64,000 nucleotides of DNA from Promethearchaeota archaeon. GTDB taxonomy: Archaea; Asgardarchaeota; Lokiarchaeia; Sigyniarchaeales; SOKP01. Below are positions 27,862 through 37,569 of this stretch, piece by piece; positions within the stretch are counted from its first letter, which is position 1; every line of letters starts with the position of its first letter. The translations under genes were made by a program, and so were the position numbers. The notes below the pieces were generated by a model. That model saw nothing but the letters and a program-made list of their open reading frames with translations. It was not told where the DNA came from and made no database searches. The stretch is from positions 24,135-88,134 of the forward strand of contig SHMW01000005.1 in assembly GCA_008080735.1 (NCBI GenBank). The letters run 5' to 3'.

Positions 27862-28921
27862 TAAAGATATTTATAGATTATCAGCAGATCAACTTATTGA
27901 AATTGAAGACAACAGAAAAATAGTGCCATGCACTTTGTCTTCTGATTTAGAAATGTACGGTGGGTTCCCAATGGGTTCTACTGCTGTTATTGCTGGCAAG
28001 CCTGGTCTTGGTAAAACGTCTGTTTCACTATGGTTGGCAGCTAATGCACAAAATAAGTACGGAGCCAAGGTTTTCTTTTTCCCAGTAGAAGGTCGTTTAA
28101 CTAAGATGGTCATGGCTCATGCTAGACACTTGAAAAAAGACATAGATAACTTTGAGATTATTATGCCACCACCGATAAAAAACAAAGGTGGAAATATCGT
28201 TGGTTATAAAAGATGGACTGCTGAAGAATGGTGGGATGTAATTGGTCAAACAATAATTGACAATTCAAATTGTGTTATTATAGTTGATTCATTAGCTTCA
28301 TTATCTTCAGAAAAAGAATCTTCTGAGGCCATGGGGTATCAAAGTCGTGGTCTTGAAAAGAAACTAGAAGCACAATTCTGTCGTAAATACTGTACACTTG
28401 TACGCCCAAAAGAGATATTATTAATACTTTTAACACAGGTCCAAGCTAATACTAGTGGGTATGGTATGCCAATACAAGCTAAAGTTGGCAACCAAATTTA
28501 CCATCATGCCGACATATTTATGTTCGGCAAATCTATGAAAAAATGGACTGCTGATAGCAATAATAAAATATTAGGACATGATATGGTGTATGTTGTTGAA
28601 AAATATGGACCAACACGCGATATCAGTATACCTCTTAGATATGGTTATGGTATTGACGATATTAAGGATTTGATAGATGTTTCTATAAATCATGGTATTA
28701 TACAAAAAAATGGTTCTTGGTATAACATGCCGTTTACAGGTGAAGAAGATGAAAAACCAGAAGTAAATATTAAATTGTTCGAAAAAGAACAAAATATTAA
28801 GTTTCAGGGTGAAACAAAAGCTAGAAATTGGTTGTTAATACGACCAGACTATGCTAAGTGTATCAGAGATAAAATCAATAGCATATATAATTCGGAACTA
28901 GAACTAGATGAAGATGATTGA
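27854..28921 (+). CDS. recA: RecA/UvsX-like recombinase
   Basis: GGFPMG, Walker A GKPGLGKT, Walker B IIVDSLASL, YGYGID, IIQKNGSWY. Confidence 0.88.
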   Translation: MDNKDIYRLSADQLIEIEDNRKIVPCTLSSDLEMYGGFPMGSTAVIAGKPGLGKTSVSLWLAANAQNKYGAKVFFFPVEGRLTKMVMAHARHLKKDIDNFEIIMPPPIKNKGGNIVGYKRWTAEEWWDVIGQTIIDNSNCVIIVDSLASLSSEKESSEAMGYQSRGLEKKLEAQFCRKYCTLVRPKEILLILLTQVQANTSGYGMPIQAKVGNQIYHHADIFMFGKSMKKWTADSNNKILGHDMVYVVEKYGPTRDISIPLRYGYGIDDIKDLIDVSINHGIIQKNGSWYNMPFTGEEDEKPEVNIKLFEKEQNIKFQGETKARNWLLIRPDYAKCIRDKINSIYNSELELDEDD

Positions 28922-29297
28922 TGTTAACGGACAGTCATGTTCAGTAAGCGTCAAACCGAGCGACTATCCAATAAAGGGTGAAAATAGTCGCTCTATTTTT
29001 CAGAAAGAAATTGGTGAAAAATTACAAGAAAGATATCCACACGATATAATATTGGAAGAATTCAACATACCTAATAGCAGGTTGTATATAGACTTTTTTT
29101 TACCAAATCGCAAATTGGTTATAGAAGTAGATGGCAGCCAGCACGATAAGTATAGTGGATACTTTCATGGCAATAAACTAACCTCTCGTAAATTTGCTAG
29201 ACAAATTGATAACGATTATATAAAAGAACAATGGACACAAATAAACCAGTTCAAGATGATAAGGATTCGACCGGACAAACCAATATTGGATTTCTAA
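28908..29297 (+). CDS. DUF559/Vsr-like endonuclease
   Basis: IDFFLP..KLVIEVDGSQH...D..KE.W. Confidence 0.8.
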   Translation: MKMIDVNGQSCSVSVKPSDYPIKGENSRSIFQKEIGEKLQERYPHDIILEEFNIPNSRLYIDFFLPNRKLVIEVDGSQHDKYSGYFHGNKLTSRKFARQIDNDYIKEQWTQINQFKMIRIRPDKPILDF

Positions 29298-29770
29298 GTG
29301 AAGATTATATCAAAAATATAGAAGAATCTTTATTAAAATACGAAAAAGATACTTTAGGACTAAGCTATATTAAATTTGAAGCACCAGAATGTCTAATGAT
29401 GAAAATTTCAGAACTACGAAATAAGACACCTGAAATATTAGCTGAATATAGTTTGGAATTACATAGGTATGCTTTATATATTCAACAAACAGTGAATAAA
29501 AACAAATCATGGGAAAGATGGGCCAAATCAAAGCTTAATGAAGTTGCTGCTTACTATTTGGTCGAAATAGATTCACATTATGGTTTTAATGAACGTGAAT
29601 TGATTGCCAAGAATAATAATGATCATGCTAGGAAATTAAATAAATTTCTTCGTAATATACAAATGCGAATAGACAGACTGTATAATTTATCTAATAATAT
29701 ATCTGCTATTGCAGATTCAATTAAAGATTTAAGATTCGCAGCAACCAACAGAGAAAAATATAGGAGTTAA
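29231..29770 (+). CDS. Helical protein, possible UvsY-like recombination mediator
   Basis: All-helical coiled-coil pattern, located between recA and dnaB. Confidence 0.5.
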   Translation: MDTNKPVQDDKDSTGQTNIGFLSEDYIKNIEESLLKYEKDTLGLSYIKFEAPECLMMKISELRNKTPEILAEYSLELHRYALYIQQTVNKNKSWERWAKSKLNEVAAYYLVEIDSHYGFNERELIAKNNNDHARKLNKFLRNIQMRIDRLYNLSNNISAIADSIKDLRFAATNREKYRS

Positions 29771-29772
29771 TA

Positions 29773-30216
29773 ATGAGTGATGTAAGTGATGGATTGAAAT
29801 TGATACGTAATGGTATTATTAATAACAATTTACAAACAATATGCGATGGATACAATAAGATAACTAAGGAAAATATTAAAATAGATTTAGATATTGATGT
29901 ATCAGATATTTTAACAGAAACAAATACTTGTGACAAAAAGTTAGAGAATGATAGACACAAGTTAATTAAGAAACTAATGTCTCATCGTAAGAATAAAAAT
30001 TCTCGTAAAAATCTAGAAGGTATGCATATACTAGATTTAGCTTATATATTGCAGGATCTAATATCGGAAGATATAGAACATAATGAAAACGTAGAATTTA
30101 ATACAAAGATAATTGGTAAAACACCTGCTGGCAATCCGATAAAAGCAATAACAGTAGAAGAAACAGAAGATGAAAAATTTATCAACCGTATAATAGAACA
30201 ATATACAAATGAGTAA
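29773..30216 (+). CDS. Hypothetical protein
   Basis: ORF with AGGAG SD. Confidence 0.7.
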   Translation: MSDVSDGLKLIRNGIINNNLQTICDGYNKITKENIKIDLDIDVSDILTETNTCDKKLENDRHKLIKKLMSHRKNKNSRKNLEGMHILDLAYILQDLISEDIEHNENVEFNTKIIGKTPAGNPIKAITVEETEDEKFINRIIEQYTNE

Positions 30217-31663
30217 GAACAATCTTTGTGATCAAGCGTCGGAACGTTTATTACTTAGCTCGTTGGTTAAAAATGGACCTAATGCTTTTATAGATATAAA
30301 CGCAATAGTTTCTGCCGAAGATTTTAATCTTGGAATAAATAAACTAATATTTAAATGTATCAGTGGGTTATATGAAGATGGTTTTAATAGCTTTGATCCC
30401 GAATCTATTCTTCTAAAAGGTAGAAATTTAGGATTTGATAAATATTTTGACAAACAAGAGAATATAGAATATATAGAACTACTTGAACACGGTTCGTCTT
30501 CAAAAGATAATGTTGAACTATTCGCTTATCAAATAAAAAAGTGGTCAGTATTACGCAAACTTCATAATAGATACAAAGATGCCGCTAAATATATAGAAGA
30601 AGTAGAAAAAGACGAAAAGTTGTCTACTATATTGGGACATGCAGAAGAAAAAATAGTAGACTTTATCAACGATGTTGATGATGGCGAGGTTATTGGTAGC
30701 TTGTCAGAGAATATCAAAAGTTGTGTTCAAGATGTCATTAATTCTGAAGTTATTGATCAAGTTGGTATTCCAACAGGCTTCCAGCAATATGATCAAGCTA
30801 TTGGCGGTGGATTAAGACGTGGTGGTATAAACATTATCGCCAGTCGTGCAAAATGCGGCAAGTCTTTTATGGCCTTAAACATGGCCTTAAATATGTCCAA
30901 ACTTAATATTCCAGTCTTATATCTAGATACAGAGCTAACACAAGAATATCAGCAGTCTCGATTAGTATCAATAGAATCAGGATGTCCATTATATTTATAT
31001 GAGACACGAAGATTTAGAGAAGACAAGAATTTACTTGAATCTGTTAAAATGGCAGGTGAATCTCTCAGTAAACTTAAAATACAATACAGATCAATAGCTG
31101 GTTTGTCTTATCAAGAAGCATTGGCTGTAGTTAGACGATGGTTGGTAAAGTACGTTGGATTCAATGAAAATGGACAGGCTAAAGACTGTGTAATTGTTTA
31201 TGATTATCTAAAAATGACTGGCCATGAAAAAATTGGTAGTAGTACTCCAGAATGGATACTTCTTGGGCTTATGATAACAGAAATGCAGAACTTCTGTGTC
31301 AAATATGGCGTACCAATGCTTGCATTCTCCCAGTTAAATAGAGAAGGTATAAGTTCTGATAGCACAGGTTCTATAGCTGGTTCGGACAGATTATTGTGGC
31401 TATGTTCCTCTATGTCTATATTGAGAAACAAGACCGAAGAAGATGTAGAAATGCAATGTGGATGGGACTTTGGAAATAAAAAGTTATTAGTTTTAGAGGC
31501 TAGATATGGGCCTGGTTTATTTCATGATGACTATATAAATCTTGTCGCATCTTTAAAACCAAATCGCAGTGAGTATGAAGCTTGTGGTAAAATCACCGAA
31601 GGTTTAACGTATTATGACTGCATCAAGTCAACTACAAATACAGCAAGTCGAACAGATAGCTAG
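30209..31663 (+). CDS. dnaB: Replicative DNA helicase
   Basis: ERLLLSSL, GIPTGF..YD..IGGGL, RAKCGKS, DYLK, SQLNR. Confidence 0.92.
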   Translation: MSKNNLCDQASERLLLSSLVKNGPNAFIDINAIVSAEDFNLGINKLIFKCISGLYEDGFNSFDPESILLKGRNLGFDKYFDKQENIEYIELLEHGSSSKDNVELFAYQIKKWSVLRKLHNRYKDAAKYIEEVEKDEKLSTILGHAEEKIVDFINDVDDGEVIGSLSENIKSCVQDVINSEVIDQVGIPTGFQQYDQAIGGGLRRGGINIIASRAKCGKSFMALNMALNMSKLNIPVLYLDTELTQEYQQSRLVSIESGCPLYLYETRRFREDKNLLESVKMAGESLSKLKIQYRSIAGLSYQEALAVVRRWLVKYVGFNENGQAKDCVIVYDYLKMTGHEKIGSSTPEWILLGLMITEMQNFCVKYGVPMLAFSQLNREGISSDSTGSIAGSDRLLWLCSSMSILRNKTEEDVEMQCGWDFGNKKLLVLEARYGPGLFHDDYINLVASLKPNRSEYEACGKITEGLTYYDCIKSTTNTASRTDS

Positions 31664-32705
31664 AGAAAATTTTGATGACGTGTTAGACTTGCTAAACATC
31701 AATACTAGCGACATTATTTATAGTCATGATAATATCAGGATGCCATGCCCAATTCATAAAGGTGATAACCCAACCGCTTTTGTTATGGATACGGAAACAT
31801 TTAGTTGGCATTGTTTTTCCAATAAATGTCATGAAAAATATACAAGAACCATGATTGGTTTTATACAAGGGGTTTTAGGTTATAATTTTAGAGATTCTGT
31901 AAACTGGGTGGTAAATAACTTTGGTAGTGATATTAAGAATTCTGATTTTGATTCAGAAAAATTAATAGTTAAAAATTTAATAAGACAAATAAAACGTAAC
32001 GATGAACATCATGATCAAAGATGCAGTATTCCACTTGATACAATAACGCAATCATTCAAGGTCAGTGATTTCTTTAAAGATCTCGGTTTTCAAACTGAAG
32101 TTTTAAAAAAGTTTTATGTGTTTGATTGTTATAACAAGAATAAACCAATGTATTTAAGAGCTTGTGCTCCGATAATAAGTAATGATTACAAAAATATGCA
32201 TGGAATAACAGGTCGTACACTATTACCTAAATGTGAATTGTGCAATAAGTATCATGTTGGTAAGTTTGGTTGCCCGAATGATAACCCAAGTATTAAAAGT
32301 TATCCCAAATGGAAACATTATGGATTTTCATCAAAAACAGTCTTATATAATTTTTGGAATGTATACAGTATCAAACCTAAGACAGTGGTTATAGTAGAAG
32401 GTCCAAAAGATGTTTGGTGGCTAGACCAACATGGAGTATATAACGCATTAGGTTTATTCGGATTGAACATTAGTGTATATAACATCAAACAGTTATTAAA
32501 ATTAGGAGTTGAGAATATTGTATTATGTACCGATAATGATGAAAGAGGCAGCGAGGCAGAATATGATTTATCTAAAAAACTTTATAAATTTTTCAATATA
32601 TATAAATTGTCCAGCATTATCGATCCGGGTAAAGATATAGCTGACATGCCAGATGACTTTATCGCAAATGAAATACATCCAGTAATTAAAAATATAGGCG
32701 GTTAA
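31614..32705 (+). CDS. dnaG: DNA primase
   Basis: CPIH.GDNP zinc finger with WHCF..KC; TOPRIM VEGPKD and DNDERG; KDIADM. Confidence 0.9.
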   Translation: MTASSQLQIQQVEQIARENFDDVLDLLNINTSDIIYSHDNIRMPCPIHKGDNPTAFVMDTETFSWHCFSNKCHEKYTRTMIGFIQGVLGYNFRDSVNWVVNNFGSDIKNSDFDSEKLIVKNLIRQIKRNDEHHDQRCSIPLDTITQSFKVSDFFKDLGFQTEVLKKFYVFDCYNKNKPMYLRACAPIISNDYKNMHGITGRTLLPKCELCNKYHVGKFGCPNDNPSIKSYPKWKHYGFSSKTVLYNFWNVYSIKPKTVVIVEGPKDVWWLDQHGVYNALGLFGLNISVYNIKQLLKLGVENIVLCTDNDERGSEAEYDLSKKLYKFFNIYKLSSIIDPGKDIADMPDDFIANEIHPVIKNIGG

Positions 32706-32706
32706 T

Positions 32707-33492
32707 ATGGAAAAATTAGTTATTGTTTTCTCAGGCAAAAAACAAAGTGGTAAATCGGCTGCCTGTAAATTTATTCTCTCGTATTATATAAACCAGCTAT
32801 TGGGGGTCGATCGCTTTAGTGTTATTAATAAAAACAAAAGCACTTATATACACGATTCTTTTGACAATTCTATAATAGATATAGAATCTGATCGTAATGC
32901 TGTACAAACATTAGAGTCAACTTATAAAACAAGAGTATATAGCTTTGCAGACAAGTTAAAACAAATTTGTATTGATGTTTTAGGACTAGATGTTAGACAA
33001 TGTTATGGTGCTGATAGGGACAAGAATACTAATACACATATAACTTGGGATAGAATGCCACCGGATATAAGGCAAAAATATAAAAGGCCGAGGCGTGGAA
33101 CAGGAGAAGTGTTAGAAGCTAGTGGTTATATGAGTGGCCGAGAGATTATGCAGGTGATTGGTAGTGATTTTTTTAGAAAGTTAGACAACTCGTGTTGGGC
33201 CAGAGGAACTTATAATACCATTTTTAATGATAGCAATAAATTAATATGTGTATCCGATGCTAGATTTCCAAATGAAGTTACGATGGGTACAGAAAGAAAT
33301 GCAAAAGTTATTAGACTACTTAGAAATTCATCTGCCAAAGAAGACAATCATATATCCGAAACAGCTTTAGATGATTTTCCTCTCGGAGAATATTCTTTAG
33401 TAATAGACAATAAAAATTTAAGCATGAAAGAAACGCACAATATACTTAAATCATATTTAGATCAGTGGTTAAAAGATTACGATATACTATAA
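32707..33492 (+). CDS. Deoxynucleoside monophosphate kinase (T4 gp1-like)
   Basis: SGKKQSGKS, SFADKLK, REIMQVIG, SDARFPNE, HISE. Confidence 0.88.
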   Translation: MEKLVIVFSGKKQSGKSAACKFILSYYINQLLGVDRFSVINKNKSTYIHDSFDNSIIDIESDRNAVQTLESTYKTRVYSFADKLKQICIDVLGLDVRQCYGADRDKNTNTHITWDRMPPDIRQKYKRPRRGTGEVLEASGYMSGREIMQVIGSDFFRKLDNSCWARGTYNTIFNDSNKLICVSDARFPNEVTMGTERNAKVIRLLRNSSAKEDNHISETALDDFPLGEYSLVIDNKNLSMKETHNILKSYLDQWLKDYDIL

Positions 33493-33506
33493 TAGAAAGC
33501 GAAATA

Positions 33507-34379
33507 ATGGAAGTATCAAACCTAAGTTCTTCCTGTATAAAAACCTATGATTGGTGTGAATGGAAATGGTTTTTACAATACGAATTAAAATTTCAAGATG
33601 AATTTGGCCCTTCTGCATCTCTTGGTGGATCTGTTCACGATGCATTGGAATATATAAGCAAATGTAAAATTGATGGAAAACCTGTTCCAAATCCAGATAA
33701 AGTTCTGAATGAAAAACTTAGTGTACATGATAATATTACGTTTAAAAAATTTAAATCTAAACTTAAAAAAGTTACCAAGGGTTATAATGATTTATTTAAT
33801 TCCGACTATAGACCTGATTCTGAAAAGGTTTTATGCGTTGAACAATATTTTAAGATACCATTGGAAGAATCTATCTTTTCATTAGACAAGACAAAAGATG
33901 GATCAATACGATACTTAACAATTAGTGGATTTATAGATCGTATAGATAAGATAGATGATGACACAATAGAGATTATTGATTACAAGACAGGAAGTAAAAA
34001 GCAGTTCTTTTGTAATAAAAACTTTGAAAGAGACAGTTTAAATATTAAAATGGATATACAGCCTAGACTATATCATATGGCTGCAAGATATACTTTCCCT
34101 CAATATTCTAATGTAATAGTTACTTTTATATATATAGCAGATGGCGGACCTGTTTTAAGCGTATTTTGTGATGAAGATATAGAAGAAACAAAACAAATAA
34201 TTAAAAAATACCTTAATAAAATTCGAGACAATGACGATCCACAAAGGGACTTGTCTTGGAAATGCAGCAAAATGTGTACTTTTGGCAAAAATGGTGTGTG
34301 TCAAGAGGTTTGGGAAGAAAAGGATTTAGTTGGTTTAAATTTTGTCAAACAAAAATATCAGGCATTGAATAAAGAATGA
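33507..34379 (+). CDS. PD-(D/E)XK RecB/Cas4-like exonuclease
   Basis: S.S...Y..C, G..VH..LE, GFIDRID, IIDYKTG, Q..LY, C-terminal C...C......C. Confidence 0.88.
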   Translation: MEVSNLSSSCIKTYDWCEWKWFLQYELKFQDEFGPSASLGGSVHDALEYISKCKIDGKPVPNPDKVLNEKLSVHDNITFKKFKSKLKKVTKGYNDLFNSDYRPDSEKVLCVEQYFKIPLEESIFSLDKTKDGSIRYLTISGFIDRIDKIDDDTIEIIDYKTGSKKQFFCNKNFERDSLNIKMDIQPRLYHMAARYTFPQYSNVIVTFIYIADGGPVLSVFCDEDIEETKQIIKKYLNKIRDNDDPQRDLSWKCSKMCTFGKNGVCQEVWEEKDLVGLNFVKQKYQALNKE

Positions 34380-36439
34380 GCTATACACTACTACATCATC
34401 ATGACGACATGAGTCACTTAGATGGATTTGGCAAACCAGAAAGACACGCAAAAAGAGCATCTGAAGTTGGTGTTAAAGCTTTAGCTGTAACTAATCATGG
34501 TAATATGTATTCTCATTTGTCACATATTAAAGCGTGTAAAAAACACAAGATTAAACCAATATTAGGCAATGAATTATATGTGTACCATCAGCCGTGTGAT
34601 GTTAGAAATAACACTAATAGATGGAATTCACACATGGTTGTTTGGGCAAAAAATTACCAAGGATGGAAAAGACTTGCCAAACTAACCAGTTATACTAATG
34701 ATCCAAAATTTTTCTATTATAAACCAAGAATATATCCGTGGAACACAGATAGTGTTTATGGATTAGAACATTTTCTAGATGGAAATATTCAAGGTTTTAG
34801 CGGTCATACTGGTTCACACTTATCAGACATACTATACTGCGATCTATACTCGGACAATCCGAAAGAAGAAAGAGAAAAAATAAGGAAAGCGTACGCACAA
34901 AGAAATATAAGTGATCCAGATTACTATAAAAGATTTTTGAAGGATAATTGGCTTGATAGTGCATGTGAATTAGCGTTAAAATTTGAAAAAATGTTTGGTA
35001 AAGGAAATTTTTTCATTGAACTGCAAAACGAGTGTTATGAAAGTGACGAAAGACCGCTGTGGTTTCAAATTTCTGCTGTCGAATGTTTAAGAAAGGTTGC
35101 TAAAGAGACTGGCATACCAGCAGTAGCATCGTCAGATCCACACTATGCGTATCCAGAAGATTCTAAAGATCAGCGTGCCATGGTAATGGTACAAATGAAA
35201 GAAACATATGAATCAGTGCGTAAGAAACTAAACGACCCGGAGAATACCGATGTTTTTGTATTCTTTGGTTCTGATAGTTTTTTCATACATTCATATGAAG
35301 ATATGAAGAAGAAATTTACACAAGAAGAACTAGATAATACTAATAAGATTGGTGACAATATAGAAGAATATGATCTGGAACAAAAGCCTTATTTTCCTAA
35401 GATACAGGTTCCGGTTGTTAAAGATAATAAGGTGTATACAACATGTAATAATGAATATGATAGATATTTGATGCACTTATGCATAGAAGGTGCTAAAAGA
35501 AAACAGCCGTGGACTAGTTCAAAATGTTCCAAACAGGACTATTGGGATAGATTATTGTCTGAGACAGAAATCATGTTTAAATACGGTCTGTCGAAATATT
35601 TCATAGTTGTTTGGGATATATGTATGGCGGCAGATAATAGACCTAAAAATAGAAATTTTGATTGGAAAGCCAACCTTAAGATAAATGGTAAAATAGATCC
35701 GATTCCTCGTGGGCCAGGGCGAGGATCAGCAGGAAGTTCGTTGATTTCTTATCTACTTAATATAACCAAGTTAGATCCTATGTCTCATGACTTAATGTTG
35801 GCAAGATTTATGAACGCTGGTAGATTTACCGAAGATCATATTTCATTACCAGATATTGATTTAGATTTTGGTGTAGAGGGCAGAGAATGGATTATTGATT
35901 ATTTAAGAGATAAATATGGTAGTCAATACTGTTCACAAATTGTTACGTTTCAAAGAATTCAAGGGCGTGCTGCTATTAAAGATTTAATTAGAATAAATGG
36001 CATACCTAACGGAGCACAAATAGCTAACGAAATAACAAAACTAATCCCGCCAGAGGCTGAGATAGCCGATGAAATACAAGAAATGCATGATGCAGGTCAC
36101 GAAGATTATGGAATAATTAACTGGGCTATTGATAATATTGCCGACTTCGCCGATGTATATAATGATGATAGATATAAAGAAATAATAGATCAAGCTATAA
36201 GATGCGAAGGTACAATACGTGGTTCTGGCAAACATCCCGCTGGGATTGTAATAACACCAGAGACTGTTGATGAAATATTCCCACTAACATATGATACTAA
36301 ATCTAAACAGCAAATAATTGGAATGGATATGAAAGATGCTGAAAAGCTTGGTGGTATAAAATTCGACATACTTGGTATTGTATTATTAGATAAGTTAAAA
36401 ATGATTGAGAGGTTGGTTAATGATTCAAGTGGTCAATAA
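34376..36439 (+). CDS. dnaE: DNA polymerase III alpha, N-terminal half (PHP, palm, thumb)
   Basis: LHHHD..S.LDG, TNHGN, KPILGNE, DPHY, GPGRGSAGSS, PDIDLDF, KHPAG, KFDILG. Confidence 0.95.
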   Translation: MSYTLLHHHDDMSHLDGFGKPERHAKRASEVGVKALAVTNHGNMYSHLSHIKACKKHKIKPILGNELYVYHQPCDVRNNTNRWNSHMVVWAKNYQGWKRLAKLTSYTNDPKFFYYKPRIYPWNTDSVYGLEHFLDGNIQGFSGHTGSHLSDILYCDLYSDNPKEEREKIRKAYAQRNISDPDYYKRFLKDNWLDSACELALKFEKMFGKGNFFIELQNECYESDERPLWFQISAVECLRKVAKETGIPAVASSDPHYAYPEDSKDQRAMVMVQMKETYESVRKKLNDPENTDVFVFFGSDSFFIHSYEDMKKKFTQEELDNTNKIGDNIEEYDLEQKPYFPKIQVPVVKDNKVYTTCNNEYDRYLMHLCIEGAKRKQPWTSSKCSKQDYWDRLLSETEIMFKYGLSKYFIVVWDICMAADNRPKNRNFDWKANLKINGKIDPIPRGPGRGSAGSSLISYLLNITKLDPMSHDLMLARFMNAGRFTEDHISLPDIDLDFGVEGREWIIDYLRDKYGSQYCSQIVTFQRIQGRAAIKDLIRINGIPNGAQIANEITKLIPPEAEIADEIQEMHDAGHEDYGIINWAIDNIADFADVYNDDRYKEIIDQAIRCEGTIRGSGKHPAGIVITPETVDEIFPLTYDTKSKQQIIGMDMKDAEKLGGIKFDILGIVLLDKLKMIERLVNDSSGQ

Positions 36440-37145
36440 AAAGACATTTGACATTGATAAAAGACGTTCTAATTCTTTATGTGTATACATTGGACGCCCA
36501 AGTATTTTAGGCAACCCATATTCACATCTTCCAAGCAAACTAGTTGAACCACATAATCAAACTAAAACAAGAGAAGAATCTATAAAACGTTTTAAGTTAT
36601 ACTTTATTAATGCTTTGTCGTGTGACAATCCAACATCCAAAGAGTTGAAAATTAGATCGTTGTTTAGTGAGATTATCTTTAACGAATTGAATAACAATGA
36701 TACATATTTAATATGCTATTGTTCACCAAAAGCTTGCCATGGTGATGTTATTAAAACTATCGCTGAATCTCGTATAAAAGATATTGGAGATTGTTACCGA
36801 AAGATAAATAGTTTTGTAAAAGAACTGCGTTATACTAATCTAGGAAATCCATATTATGATTTAAATGATTTGCCAATTAGTAAAGAACAAAAGAAATGTG
36901 TTATAGAGTGGTTGGCAAGACAAATATGGCAAATTAGCGTACAGGCTACAGATGGCGACTATATACATAAATCATGCGACCCTTTAACTATTGATAAAGA
37001 CGGCCCATGTATTTATCATAGCTATATATTTGATATAAAAGATAATACAGATATATCTGAAATACCAGATATACTTATAAAAGAAACTGTCGATTGGATT
37101 AAAAAATACAGAAAGGCGGAATCATATGATAGAAAAGCATGGTAA
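36420..37145 (+). CDS. DUF4326-domain protein with C-terminal extension
   Basis: VYIGRPS.LGNP, REE.I..F, L.CYCSPKACHGDV. Confidence 0.85.
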   Translation: MIQVVNKKTFDIDKRRSNSLCVYIGRPSILGNPYSHLPSKLVEPHNQTKTREESIKRFKLYFINALSCDNPTSKELKIRSLFSEIIFNELNNNDTYLICYCSPKACHGDVIKTIAESRIKDIGDCYRKINSFVKELRYTNLGNPYYDLNDLPISKEQKKCVIEWLARQIWQISVQATDGDYIHKSCDPLTIDKDGPCIYHSYIFDIKDNTDISEIPDILIKETVDWIKKYRKAESYDRKAW

Positions 37146-37569
37146 TATATTTAATGAAGTTGGTCAATGTGACGCTTTGTGTATTACTACTAACGGTGCG
37201 TTACGTAAGAATGGCAATGGTATTTGTGGTGCCGGTATAGCTAAGCAGGCTAGAGATAAGTGGGGTTTCATAGAAAAACGATTAGGAAAATCTATAAAAA
37301 AACATGGCAACAAAGTAATGCCATTATTAATAGATAATAACACGACGATAGTTGCATTCCCTACTAAAGAGCACTGGAAAGATAATTCTAATATAGATTT
37401 AATAAGCGAATCTTGTTCGTGTTTATATGAATTGACAAATGCATTAAATTGGAGCAGAGTTTGTTTGCCAAGACCAGGCTGTATGAATGGAAATTTATCT
37501 TGGTATTTAGTTAAACCAATACTGTCTAATATTCTTACAGACGATAGGTTCGAAATTTACTATGTATAA
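37126..37569 (+). CDS. Macrodomain (ADP-ribose processing) protein
   Basis: GNIF, ITTNG, CGAGIA, FPTK.HW, LPRPGC.NG.L.W. Confidence 0.88.
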   Translation: MIEKHGNIFNEVGQCDALCITTNGALRKNGNGICGAGIAKQARDKWGFIEKRLGKSIKKHGNKVMPLLIDNNTTIVAFPTKEHWKDNSNIDLISESCSCLYELTNALNWSRVCLPRPGCMNGNLSWYLVKPILSNILTDDRFEIYYV

